DNA of 64,000 bases. It comes from Acidimicrobiaceae bacterium. GTDB taxonomy: Bacteria > Actinomycetota > Acidimicrobiia > Acidimicrobiales > RAAP-2. The DNA lies in NCBI GenBank assembly GCA_003162475.1, contig PMOI01000012.1, positions 30,380 through 94,379 on the forward strand. Direction: 5' to 3'. How positions within the stretch are numbered: position 1 is the stretch's first letter; every line of letters begins with the position of its first letter. The position numbers were made by a program, and so were the translations under genes. Below are positions 33,501 through 41,330 of this stretch, piece by piece. Below the pieces are notes generated by a model. That model did not search any database. It saw only the letters and a list, made by a program, of their open reading frames with translations, and was not told where the DNA came from.

Positions 33501-33694
33501 ACGGTCCCGTTTCGATCGATGACGACAATGATGTCCGCCGAGCGGTGACCGACCTTTTCCAACATGGCGAAGCGCCTACTCGGCTCCGTGTGAGGAAGAT
33601 CGAGAGCTGAGCGTGATTCCGGATCGAAAGCTGCTTCTTCCCCTCGAAACCCTGTCGTCGTCACGTTCGGCTTAGAGTCCCATTCAGATGTCAT
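30599..33694 (-). CDS. PAS-PAS-GAF-PAS-GGDEF-EAL diguanylate cyclase/phosphodiesterase
   Basis: Three H/YPDD PAS motifs, GAF (GQGPTGLAIRTG), DLDDFK.IND..GH..GD, GGDEF, EAL, DDFGTGYSSL, AEGIET. Start placed at ATG 33694. Confidence 0.95.
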   Translation of the reverse strand: MTSEWDSKPNVTTTGFRGEEAAFDPESRSALDLPHTEPSRRFAMLEKVGHRSADIIVVIDRNGTVVYANPVALETFRISLEQSIGTRAFKYLHPDDTKRVTRAFFELARKPGASVSDSVRVVTDDGEIRDLEIILTNCLDNDDVDGIIVNGRDVSERRAYVTQLEAREEWYRTLAANSNDLIAVLDDEARTIFVSPNNERFSGYGPQDRLGRSGLEFIHPDDLDAARKTFVSVVQQGGTSRPVVYRYATVTGGWRFLEIVLTNCLNEPAIQGIVVNARDVTDRTNLSRALQTLTEGNQVLVRATDEVQLLSDICQTIVASGAYLLAWVGYAEHDEAKTVRPVVAAGRTEYLDEVRVSWGDDEFGQGPTGLAIRTGTVQVLTDLREANHLAAWQAPAEKYGLRTGCSFQLVVGAETVGSLTIYAGEPGAFGPDEVALLGELANDLAYGIGRLRDAAQLLEKETLLRESEQRFRIAFEQNLAPMLFVDLADRVFAANEAFCQMTGLSSDELRSEESNPFTYPDDRDVSEELQRRLVRGAPGPDRYVKRFLRKDGRIVIAEVSKSAARDESGEILYYVISGRDITEERALIEQLSHQALHDPLTDLANRVLFEDRLAQAHAKASRQGGLGAVFLLDLDDFKGINDVHGHVVGDQLLVAITRRFQESLGPSETLGRFGGDEFHYLVEDLTSPGEAPTIAKRLLNVFAEPFVVSGVHVEQHVSIGVVVWDGSRSDPEEITRDADVALYEAKRQGKGRYSIFTRNMHQKAISRFALVQDLHLALQFGELSMHYQPIIDLAANEIVGFEALMRWQHPDRGWVPPSVFIPLAEQSGLILELGVFALREAVAAASSWGPTGSLGHRPYVTVNLSAHQFHEPKMVSMIEDVLTTSGIEPERLVIEITESALLRDASEATNVIRRLQEHGVSFALDDFGTGYSSLSYLAELHPRVIKIDQSFVRPSNESLRYDALLETIITLGDKLDITMLAEGIETPAQLARLRLLGCELGQGFLFSRPVPSDQLAALLTRGRSEWESLIS

Positions 33695-33737
33695 ATTGAC
33701 ACTATACCATGCCATATAGACGCGCTACAATGGCATT
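33695..33737. promoter_or_regulatory. Divergent promoter region with candidate TetR operator
   Basis: atgccat(33709-15)/atggcat(33730-36) inverted repeat; TACAAT (+) and TATAGT (-) each 6 nt from the respective ATG. Confidence 0.6.
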
Positions 33738-34448
33738 ATGGAGTCAAAGCCGAACGAGCGAGATCTGCCGACCATCGAAACAGGCGGGGAGAGCGGAGCG
33801 TCCGTCATCGCCCCTCGGCCCTCGCTGCGACAGGATTCACGCACCCGGGCGCAGGCACGCATTATTCAAGGCGCGCTGACTGCCGTGGCGGCGTGGGGAC
33901 TGGACGCCACGATTGACCAAGTCGCTGACGCGGCGGGAGTGAGTCGGCGCACCGTGTTTCGTCACTTTACAAACCACGGTGAACTCATTCTCGCCACGTT
34001 GAACGAAATTGAACAGATCTTTGAAACGGAAGTGCCGGCGCCTCCGGCTCCGGAAGCCGACCTTGAAGGGTGGCTCACCGATGCGATTGTATCGATGCAC
34101 GAACTTTCCCGACATCTCCTTGGCCGAGCGTTCTGGGATCTTCACACCGATCGACCGAATATCTCTCCTGAAGTCACGGTCAAAATCGCCACCACGATAC
34201 CGCTGCGTCAGCGATACGCGGAAACGGTTGCCGCCGAGGCGTGGCGAGCATTGGATGGAGATGGTTCGCCGCCAACCTGGGTGATGGATGCGTTCTCGAT
34301 GCACATCTCGGGATTCGCGACCAACGCGTTTCCCTCGAAGAGCGCGCAAGAGACCGGTCGCCTCAGCGCCCGAATCCTCTGGCTCGTGCTTACAAGTTCG
34401 CTCTACGAACAACGTCAGGACCGAGCGAACGCGAACTCGACGTCGTAG
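33738..34448 (+). CDS. TetR/AcrR family transcriptional regulator
   Basis: HTH G.DATIDQVADAAGVSRRTVFRHF. Confidence 0.95.
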   Translation: MESKPNERDLPTIETGGESGASVIAPRPSLRQDSRTRAQARIIQGALTAVAAWGLDATIDQVADAAGVSRRTVFRHFTNHGELILATLNEIEQIFETEVPAPPAPEADLEGWLTDAIVSMHELSRHLLGRAFWDLHTDRPNISPEVTVKIATTIPLRQRYAETVAAEAWRALDGDGSPPTWVMDAFSMHISGFATNAFPSKSAQETGRLSARILWLVLTSSLYEQRQDRANANSTS

Positions 34449-34559
34449 CTTTTCCATTGATTGAGCGACAAGAGTTGGAAGATTCACTGCGTGATCTCAA
34501 TCAAGGCGCTGTCGAGGGCGGTGCGATTTTGGACCCGAGCGACTTCAAACAGAACTTGA

Positions 34560-34802
34560 ATGGAACGAAGTGCGGAGGAGGCGTGTCCCGACTTCGGAGG
34601 CTGACCTATCAACTACGGAAAAGTTGCCTACCGATTAGCTGAACGCCTTGTCGCGCCTCCGGTGCCGTATTCGGGACAATGTCCGCACTTAGGACTGGCC
34701 ACCGATGCACCGCACCGCCCCAGCAGCGCACACCGAGAAGGATTGCCTCGGGGACCTAATCTCCTCTCACTTCACTTCGACGGCGACCTCCCTTGGCACT
34801 AG
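34560..34802 (+). pseudogene. Decayed copy of the 3' end of the 29308-30465 gene
   Basis: MERSAEEACPDFGG*PINYGKVAYRLAERLVAPPVPYSGQCPHLGLATDAPHRP aligns with MERSAEEAWPDFVGWRVNYEKVAYRLAARIVAPPAPWSGQRPHLRLATEAPHRP (from 30214); internal TGA at 34602. Confidence 0.9.
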
Positions 34803-34939
34803 CCACTTGCTGGGGCCGAGTTCGCAGCGAACGATTTTCGCCGACGTGTCTTCACGGAAAAGCTAAAGCTCGCTGTCCGACTGAGTTTTGGGCCAATGTT
34901 GTCAACCAATGGGCCTGTTTGGGGTTTACAATCCGTCTC

Positions 34940-36100
34940 ATGACACCTCGCCGACGGAGGAGTATCGCCGCGTGGCTTCGTTTTTGCGTCATTGCCGCCA
35001 CCGGTCTCAGTGTCATTCCGATACAGGCGGCGTCGGCGGCATCTGGTGCTTTCGAGTTCGATTCACCTTCCGGATTGGCCTTTGGCGGTGGTCATCTGTG
35101 GGTGACCAACGAGGCTGGTAACTCCGTCTCTGAGATCAATCCGTCGAACGGCTCGTGGATTGCGACCTTGAGCGGGAACAACTACGGATTCAATCATCCG
35201 ACGGCGATCGTCCGCTCAGGATTGAACCTTTTCATCGCTAACGGGGCCGGCTCGGTGAGTGAGATTCGCGCCGACACTGGCGCCCTGGTTCGGGTAATAG
35301 CCGGACCCCAATTCCATTTCGTCAATCCGGTGGCAATTGAAGGGACCGGGCGATCCGTCTTGGTGCTTAATGCCGGTCGGTCCAACGAAGCGGGATCAAT
35401 CACGGTGATCGATACGCGCACCGGTTCCCTGTTGCGAACAGTGTCGGGTTCCCGCTTCTCGTTTGCGGATCCCGTGGCGCTCGCTGTGTCAGGTCCTGAC
35501 GTTTTCGTCGCAAACAAGAGTGGCAACTCCGTGACCGAAGTGAGCATCGCCCAAGGCCGATTGCTTCGTGTCGTCGCCGAGCAAGGGCTCAATGCTCCCG
35601 ACGGGATCGCGGTCGGGGCCGGCCACGTTTGGGTGGCCGACCGCGGAAGCAACGCGGTTACCGAGCTCGCGGCTACAACAGGCGCCGTCATCGGCACTTA
35701 CACCGACTCAGACGGTAGCTATGGATTCGGTTCCCCTTCAACGGTGATCGGTTCTGGTGGCAACATCTTCGTCGCGAGTCCCTTTGGTACGAGTCCGATG
35801 GTTACCAAGTTGTCTGCCTTGAATGGGCGGCCGAGTTGGTACATGTGTAACACCAACGGTCCGTACTACTTCAGTCGGCTCTCTGCTTTTGCCGTCTCCA
35901 GTGGGCAACTTTGGGTGGCCAGTCAATCCGGTGCGAACAGCGCGACACCGAGCGCGCGCACGGGATCACTCACTGAACTTTCTACGGGGAATGGCGCGCT
36001 GATCACCACCTTGCCGACGACTACGAATTCATCACCAACGACGACGTCGACAACGACGACGTCGACAACGACCACGTCGACTACAACGACGTCGCCCTGA
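34940..36100 (+). CDS. Secreted beta-propeller protein (NHL/YncE/Vgb-like, about 7 blades) with Thr/Ser tail
   Basis: Signal peptide ending ASA-A; repeated F..P.(G/A)(I/L)A...LWV.N..GNSV.EI blades; TACAAT 7 nt before ATG 34940. Confidence 0.8.
   Translation: MTPRRRRSIAAWLRFCVIAATGLSVIPIQAASAASGAFEFDSPSGLAFGGGHLWVTNEAGNSVSEINPSNGSWIATLSGNNYGFNHPTAIVRSGLNLFIANGAGSVSEIRADTGALVRVIAGPQFHFVNPVAIEGTGRSVLVLNAGRSNEAGSITVIDTRTGSLLRTVSGSRFSFADPVALAVSGPDVFVANKSGNSVTEVSIAQGRLLRVVAEQGLNAPDGIAVGAGHVWVADRGSNAVTELAATTGAVIGTYTDSDGSYGFGSPSTVIGSGGNIFVASPFGTSPMVTKLSALNGRPSWYMCNTNGPYYFSRLSAFAVSSGQLWVASQSGANSATPSARTGSLTELSTGNGALITTLPTTTNSSPTTTSTTTTSTTTTSTTTTSP
36038..36097 (+). repeat. 15-bp in-frame tandem repeat x4 (TTTST-type units)
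   Basis: acgacgacgtcgaca x2, acgaccacgtcgact, acaacgacgtcgccc. Confidence 0.9.
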
Positions 36101-36194
36101 GCGCTGTCGAGCCGACTCCTTGCACCCCGACGATCGAGTCGACGTCTTCACTGCGGATGAGCGATACGTTGCTGGCCGCGTTACGATTTCGGAC

Positions 36195-36689
36195 GTGAGT
36201 GATTTGAAGGTCAACTTGGTGGAGACGCTCGACAGTCAGCGTGATCACGTCGTGGGTATTCTCGAAGGTCTTTCGGATGAACAACTTCGACGTCCTATTC
36301 TTCCCTCGGGTTGGAGTTGTCTCGCCATGGTGAAGCATTTGGCTCTTGGCGTTGAGCACTACTGGCTGCGCTGCATCGTGGCGGGCGAGTCACTCGACTT
36401 CTTCGCGCTGAACGCGCTGGATAACAAACGCGATTGGGACGTCGGGCCCAAGGAGACTGGCGAAGAGATCTTCAATCTCTACCGCGACGAGATACAGCGC
36501 GGCAACGCGATCATCGCGAAGACGCCGCTCGACACGCCGCCAGCCCAACGCGACGATTGGTGGGGGACGTTGCAGATTTCGGACTTGGAGTACATCCTTT
36601 TCCACATGATCACCGAGACGGCTTGTCACGCGGGGCACCTCGACGCGGCCCGCGAGCTTATTGACGGCCGCCAATGGATGGCCGAGTAA
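36195..36689 (+). CDS. DinB superfamily / DUF664 protein
   Basis: L.GLSDEQLRR..LPSGWS.L.MVKHL and ETACHAGHLDAARELIDG; GTG 7 nt after TACGAT. Confidence 0.85.
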   Translation: MSDLKVNLVETLDSQRDHVVGILEGLSDEQLRRPILPSGWSCLAMVKHLALGVEHYWLRCIVAGESLDFFALNALDNKRDWDVGPKETGEEIFNLYRDEIQRGNAIIAKTPLDTPPAQRDDWWGTLQISDLEYILFHMITETACHAGHLDAARELIDGRQWMAE

Positions 36690-36815
36690 CTCCCAGTGGC
36701 TGGTGAATGGCGGGAAAGTCGGCGTAGATACGCTGAATAGCCCTGGGGCGCCACGTTTGGCATCAATGTGCCGTTCGAGACGGTTTCTTGATCGTGGAGC
36801 CCAGAATCACCGAAC

Positions 36816-36883
36816 TTGCTTAGCGGGGCTGAAATTTCGTAAGATGGGGAGCCCCTTCGGACCCCGTCGGGGCTGATCCGAAG
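36816..36883 (+). promoter_or_regulatory. rplM promoter plus leader hairpin
   Basis: TTGCTT-18-TAAGAT; then cttcgga-cccc-gtc-gggg-ctga-tccgaag (36855-36883). Confidence 0.5.
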
Positions 36884-36903
36884 ATTTCGCTGAAGGAAGA
36901 ACC

Positions 36904-37350
36904 TTGAAGACCTATTCACCAAAAACGAGTGAGTTGACGCGGGAGTGGCTTGTCATTGACGCCGAAGGCCTTATCCTCGGGCGCGTCGCCACCGTCGCCG
37001 CTTCTTTGCTCCGCGGCAAGCACCGCACCTTCTACGCTCCCCACGTCGACACCGGTGATTACGTCATCATCGTGAACGCCGACAAAGTGGTCGTCACCGC
37101 CAACAAGGCTGCGCAGAACTTCCACTATCACCACTCGGGTTACCCGGGCGGTCTGCGCGCGACGTCGTGGCAGACCTTGATGGATACGAACCCCACGAAG
37201 CTCGTCGCCGACGCCATTCGTGGCATGGTGCCCAAGAATCGTCTCGGTCGCGCGCAGATGGACAAACTGTTCGTCTACGCCGGCGCCGAGCATCCCCACG
37301 TGGCGCAAGCGCCAAAGAAGTTTGACACCTCGGCGATTCGCCGCGGTTAA
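36904..37350 (+). CDS. rplM: 50S ribosomal protein L13
   Basis: W.VIDAEG..LGR, PHVDTGD, HSGYPGG, HPHVAQ; TTG start. Confidence 0.99.
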   Translation: MKTYSPKTSELTREWLVIDAEGLILGRVATVAASLLRGKHRTFYAPHVDTGDYVIIVNADKVVVTANKAAQNFHYHHSGYPGGLRATSWQTLMDTNPTKLVADAIRGMVPKNRLGRAQMDKLFVYAGAEHPHVAQAPKKFDTSAIRRG

Positions 37351-37359
37351 GGAGCATTC

Positions 37360-37752
37360 GTGACCATTCCTCTGACTCAAACAACCGGCCGTCGTAAAGA
37401 GGCCGTCGCGCGCGTTCGTCTTCGTCCCGGTACCGGCACGATCACGATCAACTCTCGCGCCTTCGACAACTACTTCACTTCCGCGACCCACCGCCAGATG
37501 GTGATGGAGCCACTTCGTCTCATCGATGCCCAGCAGACCTACGACATCGACGCGACCATTGAAGGTGGCGGCGTGGCCGGTCAGGCCGGCGCCCTTCGCC
37601 TCGGCATCTCGCGCTCACTCTTGAAGCTCGATGAAGGTGTTCGTCCGTCGCTGAAGAAGGCCGGACTGCTCACGCGTGACTCGCGTAAGAAAGAGACCAA
37701 GAAGTACGGTCTCAAGAAGGCGCGCAAGGCTCCCCAGTACTCCAAGCGGTAA
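37360..37752 (+). CDS. rpsI: 30S ribosomal protein S9
   Basis: TGRRKEAVARV, KARKAPQYSKR. Confidence 0.99.
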   Translation: MTIPLTQTTGRRKEAVARVRLRPGTGTITINSRAFDNYFTSATHRQMVMEPLRLIDAQQTYDIDATIEGGGVAGQAGALRLGISRSLLKLDEGVRPSLKKAGLLTRDSRKKETKKYGLKKARKAPQYSKR

Positions 37753-39053
37753 TGGTCATGCCCGTGCGTTTTGGCACGGACGGCATTCGAGGTCGTGCGA
37801 GCGATGAGATCACCGTCGATCTGGCGTATCGCCTCGGACGAGCGGTGGCCAGCGTCTTTTCTGTTCCCGTCTTCGTGGGCTACGACACGCGTGAGAGTTC
37901 ACCACCCCTCGCCGCCGCGGTCCTCGCGGGACTTCGTGACGGTGGGGCACTCGGCATAAATCTCGGCTACTTCACGACGCCCGGCGTCGCGGTCATTGCC
38001 CAACAGCGCGGCGGTGCTGGCGTGGTGGTGTCGGCCTCGCACAACCCCTACCACGACAATGGTCTGAAGGTCTTAGGGATCGGCGGCGCAAAACTCGATC
38101 ACGCCACGGAAGCGGCCGTCGAAAGTGCGTTGAACGTCGCCGAGAGTCCAAGTACCGCAACCTTTTACGACGTCGCGATCGACGAAACGGCCGAGCACGA
38201 CTACGTGACGCACTTGCGCAAACTCGCGCCCGCGGACCTCTCCACCCTCTCGCTGGTCGTGGACTGCGCGAACGGCGCGGCGTCGCACGTTGCTCGCGAG
38301 CTCTTCGCCTCCACGGGCGCGCAACTCATCACCATTCACGACCAACCCGACGGTCGCAACATCAACGAAGGCGCGGGCTCGACCCACGTCGAGAGCCTCG
38401 TCGAGGCCGTTCGCGTCGCCGGCGCGGACCTGGGCCTCGCCCTTGACGGCGACGCCGACCGTTTGATCGCGGTGGACTCCGAAGGGACCGTTCGAGACGG
38501 CGACGATCTCATGGTGCTCTTCGCCCTCGACCGCAAGGAACGTGGCGTACTCGGCGGTGGCCTCGTCGTCACGTCCATGAGCAACTTGGGTCTCTACCGC
38601 GCGCTCGAGGTGGCGGGCGTCGGGATCGAAGAGACCGACGTCGGCGACCGCAACGTGCTGATGGCGCTCGAAGAGAAGTCGTGGATCTTGGGCGGGGAGC
38701 AGTCGGGTCACGTCATCTTTCGCGACCTCGCCCCGACCGGTGACGGACTCCTGACGGGACTGCTCTTGGCCGAGCTACTCGTGCGACGAGGTTCGTTGGC
38801 TGAACTCGCGGGCGGCGCGTGGCGTCGCGTCCCCCAAGAGCTCTTCAGCGTGTCGGTCGAACACTTCAGTGACGACGAGGTCCAATCGCTCTTCAATGAA
38901 CTCTTGGCGGTCTACGAAGTCGATCGAAACGATGTTCGACTCCTCGTACGACCGTCCGGAACGGAGCCGGTGGTTCGAATAATGATCGAGGCGTTGAACG
39001 CCGAGTTCGTCGAAGTCTTCACGGAACGGCTCAAATCGCTCTACGGTTCGTAG
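37752..39053 (+). CDS. glmM: Phosphoglucosamine mutase
   Basis: FGTDGIRG, SASHNP, DGDADR, GGEQSGH, RPSGTEP. Confidence 0.97.
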   Translation: MVMPVRFGTDGIRGRASDEITVDLAYRLGRAVASVFSVPVFVGYDTRESSPPLAAAVLAGLRDGGALGINLGYFTTPGVAVIAQQRGGAGVVVSASHNPYHDNGLKVLGIGGAKLDHATEAAVESALNVAESPSTATFYDVAIDETAEHDYVTHLRKLAPADLSTLSLVVDCANGAASHVARELFASTGAQLITIHDQPDGRNINEGAGSTHVESLVEAVRVAGADLGLALDGDADRLIAVDSEGTVRDGDDLMVLFALDRKERGVLGGGLVVTSMSNLGLYRALEVAGVGIEETDVGDRNVLMALEEKSWILGGEQSGHVIFRDLAPTGDGLLTGLLLAELLVRRGSLAELAGGAWRRVPQELFSVSVEHFSDDEVQSLFNELLAVYEVDRNDVRLLVRPSGTEPVVRIMIEALNAEFVEVFTERLKSLYGS

Positions 39054-39099
39054 GACTTCACTCGAAAGCCGGGAAAAGTGTCCCGGGTAGGCTGGCCTC

Positions 39100-40941
39100 A
39101 TGTGCGGCATCATCGGGGTCGTTGGATCCTCTGACACTCTAGAGACGCTCCTCGAGGGACTCGCCCGTTTGGAGTACCGCGGCTACGACTCGGCTGGCGT
39201 GGCGCTGGTGCGCCCCGGCGAGACCTGGCGGGCGCGAACCGCGGAGGGCACCGAGTCGGTGAAGGCCCTGCGTGAGGAGTGCGATCTCGCGCCGCTGGGC
39301 TTCTCGTCCGGCATCGGTCACACCCGATGGGCCACCCACGGCGGTCCCGAGACCATGAACGCCCACCCGCACCTCGACTGCTCCGGCAACATCGCCATCA
39401 TCCACAACGGCATCATCGAGAATCACGCTGATCTCCAAGAGCAACTCGAGGCGCGCGGCCACGTCTTCAGTTCGGTTACCGACTCCGAAGTGCTCGCTCA
39501 CCTCATTGAAGAGTCCCGCGCCAACGGATTCGAACTCATCGAGGCCGTGCGTCGAAGCCTGCTCGTGGTGCGTGGCGCCTTCGCCGTCGCGGCGATGGAC
39601 GCCACCGAGCCCGACGTCATCGTCGCAGCGCGACGCATCTCGCCGCTCATCGTCGGCACCGCGCCGGGTGTGACCTATCTCGCGAGCGACATCCCCGCCA
39701 TACTCGACCGTGCGACGGCGTTCTACGCCGTGAGTGACGACGAGATCGTTCGACTTGCCCCGGAGGGTTTTCGCGCGATCGACCTCGAGGGCGTGCCGGT
39801 GCACCTGCACCCCCTCGCCGTCGACTGGGACTTGGAGACGGCCGAAAAGGGTGGTCACGACGACTTCATGACCAAGGAGATCAACGAGCAGCCCGACGCC
39901 ATCCGAACGACGCTGCTCGATCGTCGCCGTCGCGACGGCACGATCACCTTCGACGAACTGCGAGTCTCGGACGAAGAGCTTCGCGACGTGCGACGTGTGG
40001 TCATCGTCGCTGCGGGCACCTCGCACCACGCTGGCCTCGTTGCCAAGTACGCCATCGAGCGCTGGGCGAGGGTGAGCGTCGAGGTCGACATCGCCAGTGA
40101 GTATCGCTACCGCGACCCGATCGTCGAGATCGGCACGCTCGTGATTGGCATCTCGCAAAGTGGCGAGACCATCGACACGATTCAGGCGATTCGCGAAGCG
40201 AAACGTCGGGGCGCGCGTGTCATCGCTGTGACGAACATCGTGGACTCTTCGCTCGCGAGAGAGTCCGACGCCGTGATCTACACCCGTGCCGGACTCGAGG
40301 TGTCCGTCGCGTCCACCAAGGTCTTCCTCGCGCAAGTGGCCGCGCTCGAACTTCTGGCACTTCGCCTCGCCCAACTGCGAGACACCGTCCCCGCGAGCGA
40401 CGTCGACGCACACTTTCTCGGCCTGAACGCCGTCGCGGAGCAGGTAGCAACCGTGCTCACTCGGCGCTCCAGTGTCGAGGACGTCGCCAAACAGCTCCTG
40501 GGCGCTCGCGACTTCTTCTTTCTCGGTCGCCACGTGGGTTTCCCAACGGCTCTCGAAGGGGCGTTGAAACTGAAGGAACTCTCGTATCTGCACGCGGAGG
40601 GTTACCCGGCCGGAGAACTGAAGCACGGACCGCTCGCCCTCATCGAGCCCGGCGTCGTGGTTGTCGCCGTCGTGACCGACCCGGCGATGCACGAGAAGAT
40701 GTTGTCGAATTTGGCTGAAGTGAAGGCACGCGGCGCCACGGTGGTGGCGGTAGCGACGGACGACGACGAGTCGATTGCGGCAATCGCCGACTACGTGTTG
40801 CGCGTGCCCGCGACCGAGCCGATGTTCTCGCCAATGGTGGACGTCGTGCCGTTGCAACTCTTTGCTTACGCCATGGCACGAGGACTCGGTCGCAACATCG
40901 ACCGTCCGCGGAACTTGGCGAAAACCGTGACGGTGGAGTAG
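39100..40941 (+). CDS. glmS: Glutamine-fructose-6-phosphate transaminase
   Basis: MCGIIG, HTRWATHG, two SIS domains, RNLAKTVTVE. Confidence 0.99.
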   Translation: MCGIIGVVGSSDTLETLLEGLARLEYRGYDSAGVALVRPGETWRARTAEGTESVKALREECDLAPLGFSSGIGHTRWATHGGPETMNAHPHLDCSGNIAIIHNGIIENHADLQEQLEARGHVFSSVTDSEVLAHLIEESRANGFELIEAVRRSLLVVRGAFAVAAMDATEPDVIVAARRISPLIVGTAPGVTYLASDIPAILDRATAFYAVSDDEIVRLAPEGFRAIDLEGVPVHLHPLAVDWDLETAEKGGHDDFMTKEINEQPDAIRTTLLDRRRRDGTITFDELRVSDEELRDVRRVVIVAAGTSHHAGLVAKYAIERWARVSVEVDIASEYRYRDPIVEIGTLVIGISQSGETIDTIQAIREAKRRGARVIAVTNIVDSSLARESDAVIYTRAGLEVSVASTKVFLAQVAALELLALRLAQLRDTVPASDVDAHFLGLNAVAEQVATVLTRRSSVEDVAKQLLGARDFFFLGRHVGFPTALEGALKLKELSYLHAEGYPAGELKHGPLALIEPGVVVVAVVTDPAMHEKMLSNLAEVKARGATVVAVATDDDESIAAIADYVLRVPATEPMFSPMVDVVPLQLFAYAMARGLGRNIDRPRNLAKTVTVE

Positions 40942-41330
40942 TGACGACACGCAACGTCGGCGTCGACCTGGTGGACGTCGCACGATTCGCCTTGGCGCTC
41001 GAACGCCACCCCCGTCTCGCGGAGCGTCTCTTCACTGAAGGCGAACGACGTGACGCGAAGGCGCGGCCCGAACGGCTCGCGGCGCGCTTCGCCGCTAAGG
41101 AAGCGGTTCTGAAGACGTTTCGCGTCGGTATCGGCGCGGCGCCGTGGCGTTCCATTGAGGTGACGACGGACGACGCCGGCGCACCGAGCGTGTTGCTCCA
41201 CGCGCCGGCCACGGAACTCGCCCGCGCGGCGGGCGTCGAGACCCTCCACCTTTCCATGACCCACACGAACGTGACGGCAGCCGCCTTCGTTGTTGGTTCG
41301 TCAACGAAAGACAACACCGGTGCCCGTTGA
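40941..41330 (+). CDS. acpS: Holo-ACP synthase
   Basis: VGVDLV, ARFAAKEA, SMTH. Confidence 0.95.
   Translation: MTTRNVGVDLVDVARFALALERHPRLAERLFTEGERRDAKARPERLAARFAAKEAVLKTFRVGIGAAPWRSIEVTTDDAGAPSVLLHAPATELARAAGVETLHLSMTHTNVTAAAFVVGSSTKDNTGAR

Noticed and set aside
34602-34604. TGA as selenocysteine or readthrough in the 34560-34802 fragment
   Set aside because: It aligns to a Trp codon (TGG) of the intact copy. The fragment lacks the whole 5' part of the gene, so decay is the simpler reading.
34241-34642. 133-aa ORF overlapping the TetR end
   Set aside because: It overlaps tetR and runs out of frame through the pseudogene fragment, with no motif or start signal.
21242-36903. Prophage, ICE or IS explanation for the two accessory insertions
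   Set aside because: No integrase, transposase, terminal inverted repeats, tRNA target or exact att duplication was found by eye.
39054-39099. Possible glmS ribozyme
   Set aside because: The spacer is only 46 nt with one small hairpin, too short for the ribozyme core.
39139-40983. 614-aa antisense ORF opposite glmS (similar ones oppose rpoC 703-1893, tuf 7166-8170, guaA 55189-56601)
   Set aside because: These mirror highly biased high-GC genes in register, where stop codons on the opposite strand are scarce. They have no recognisable motifs.
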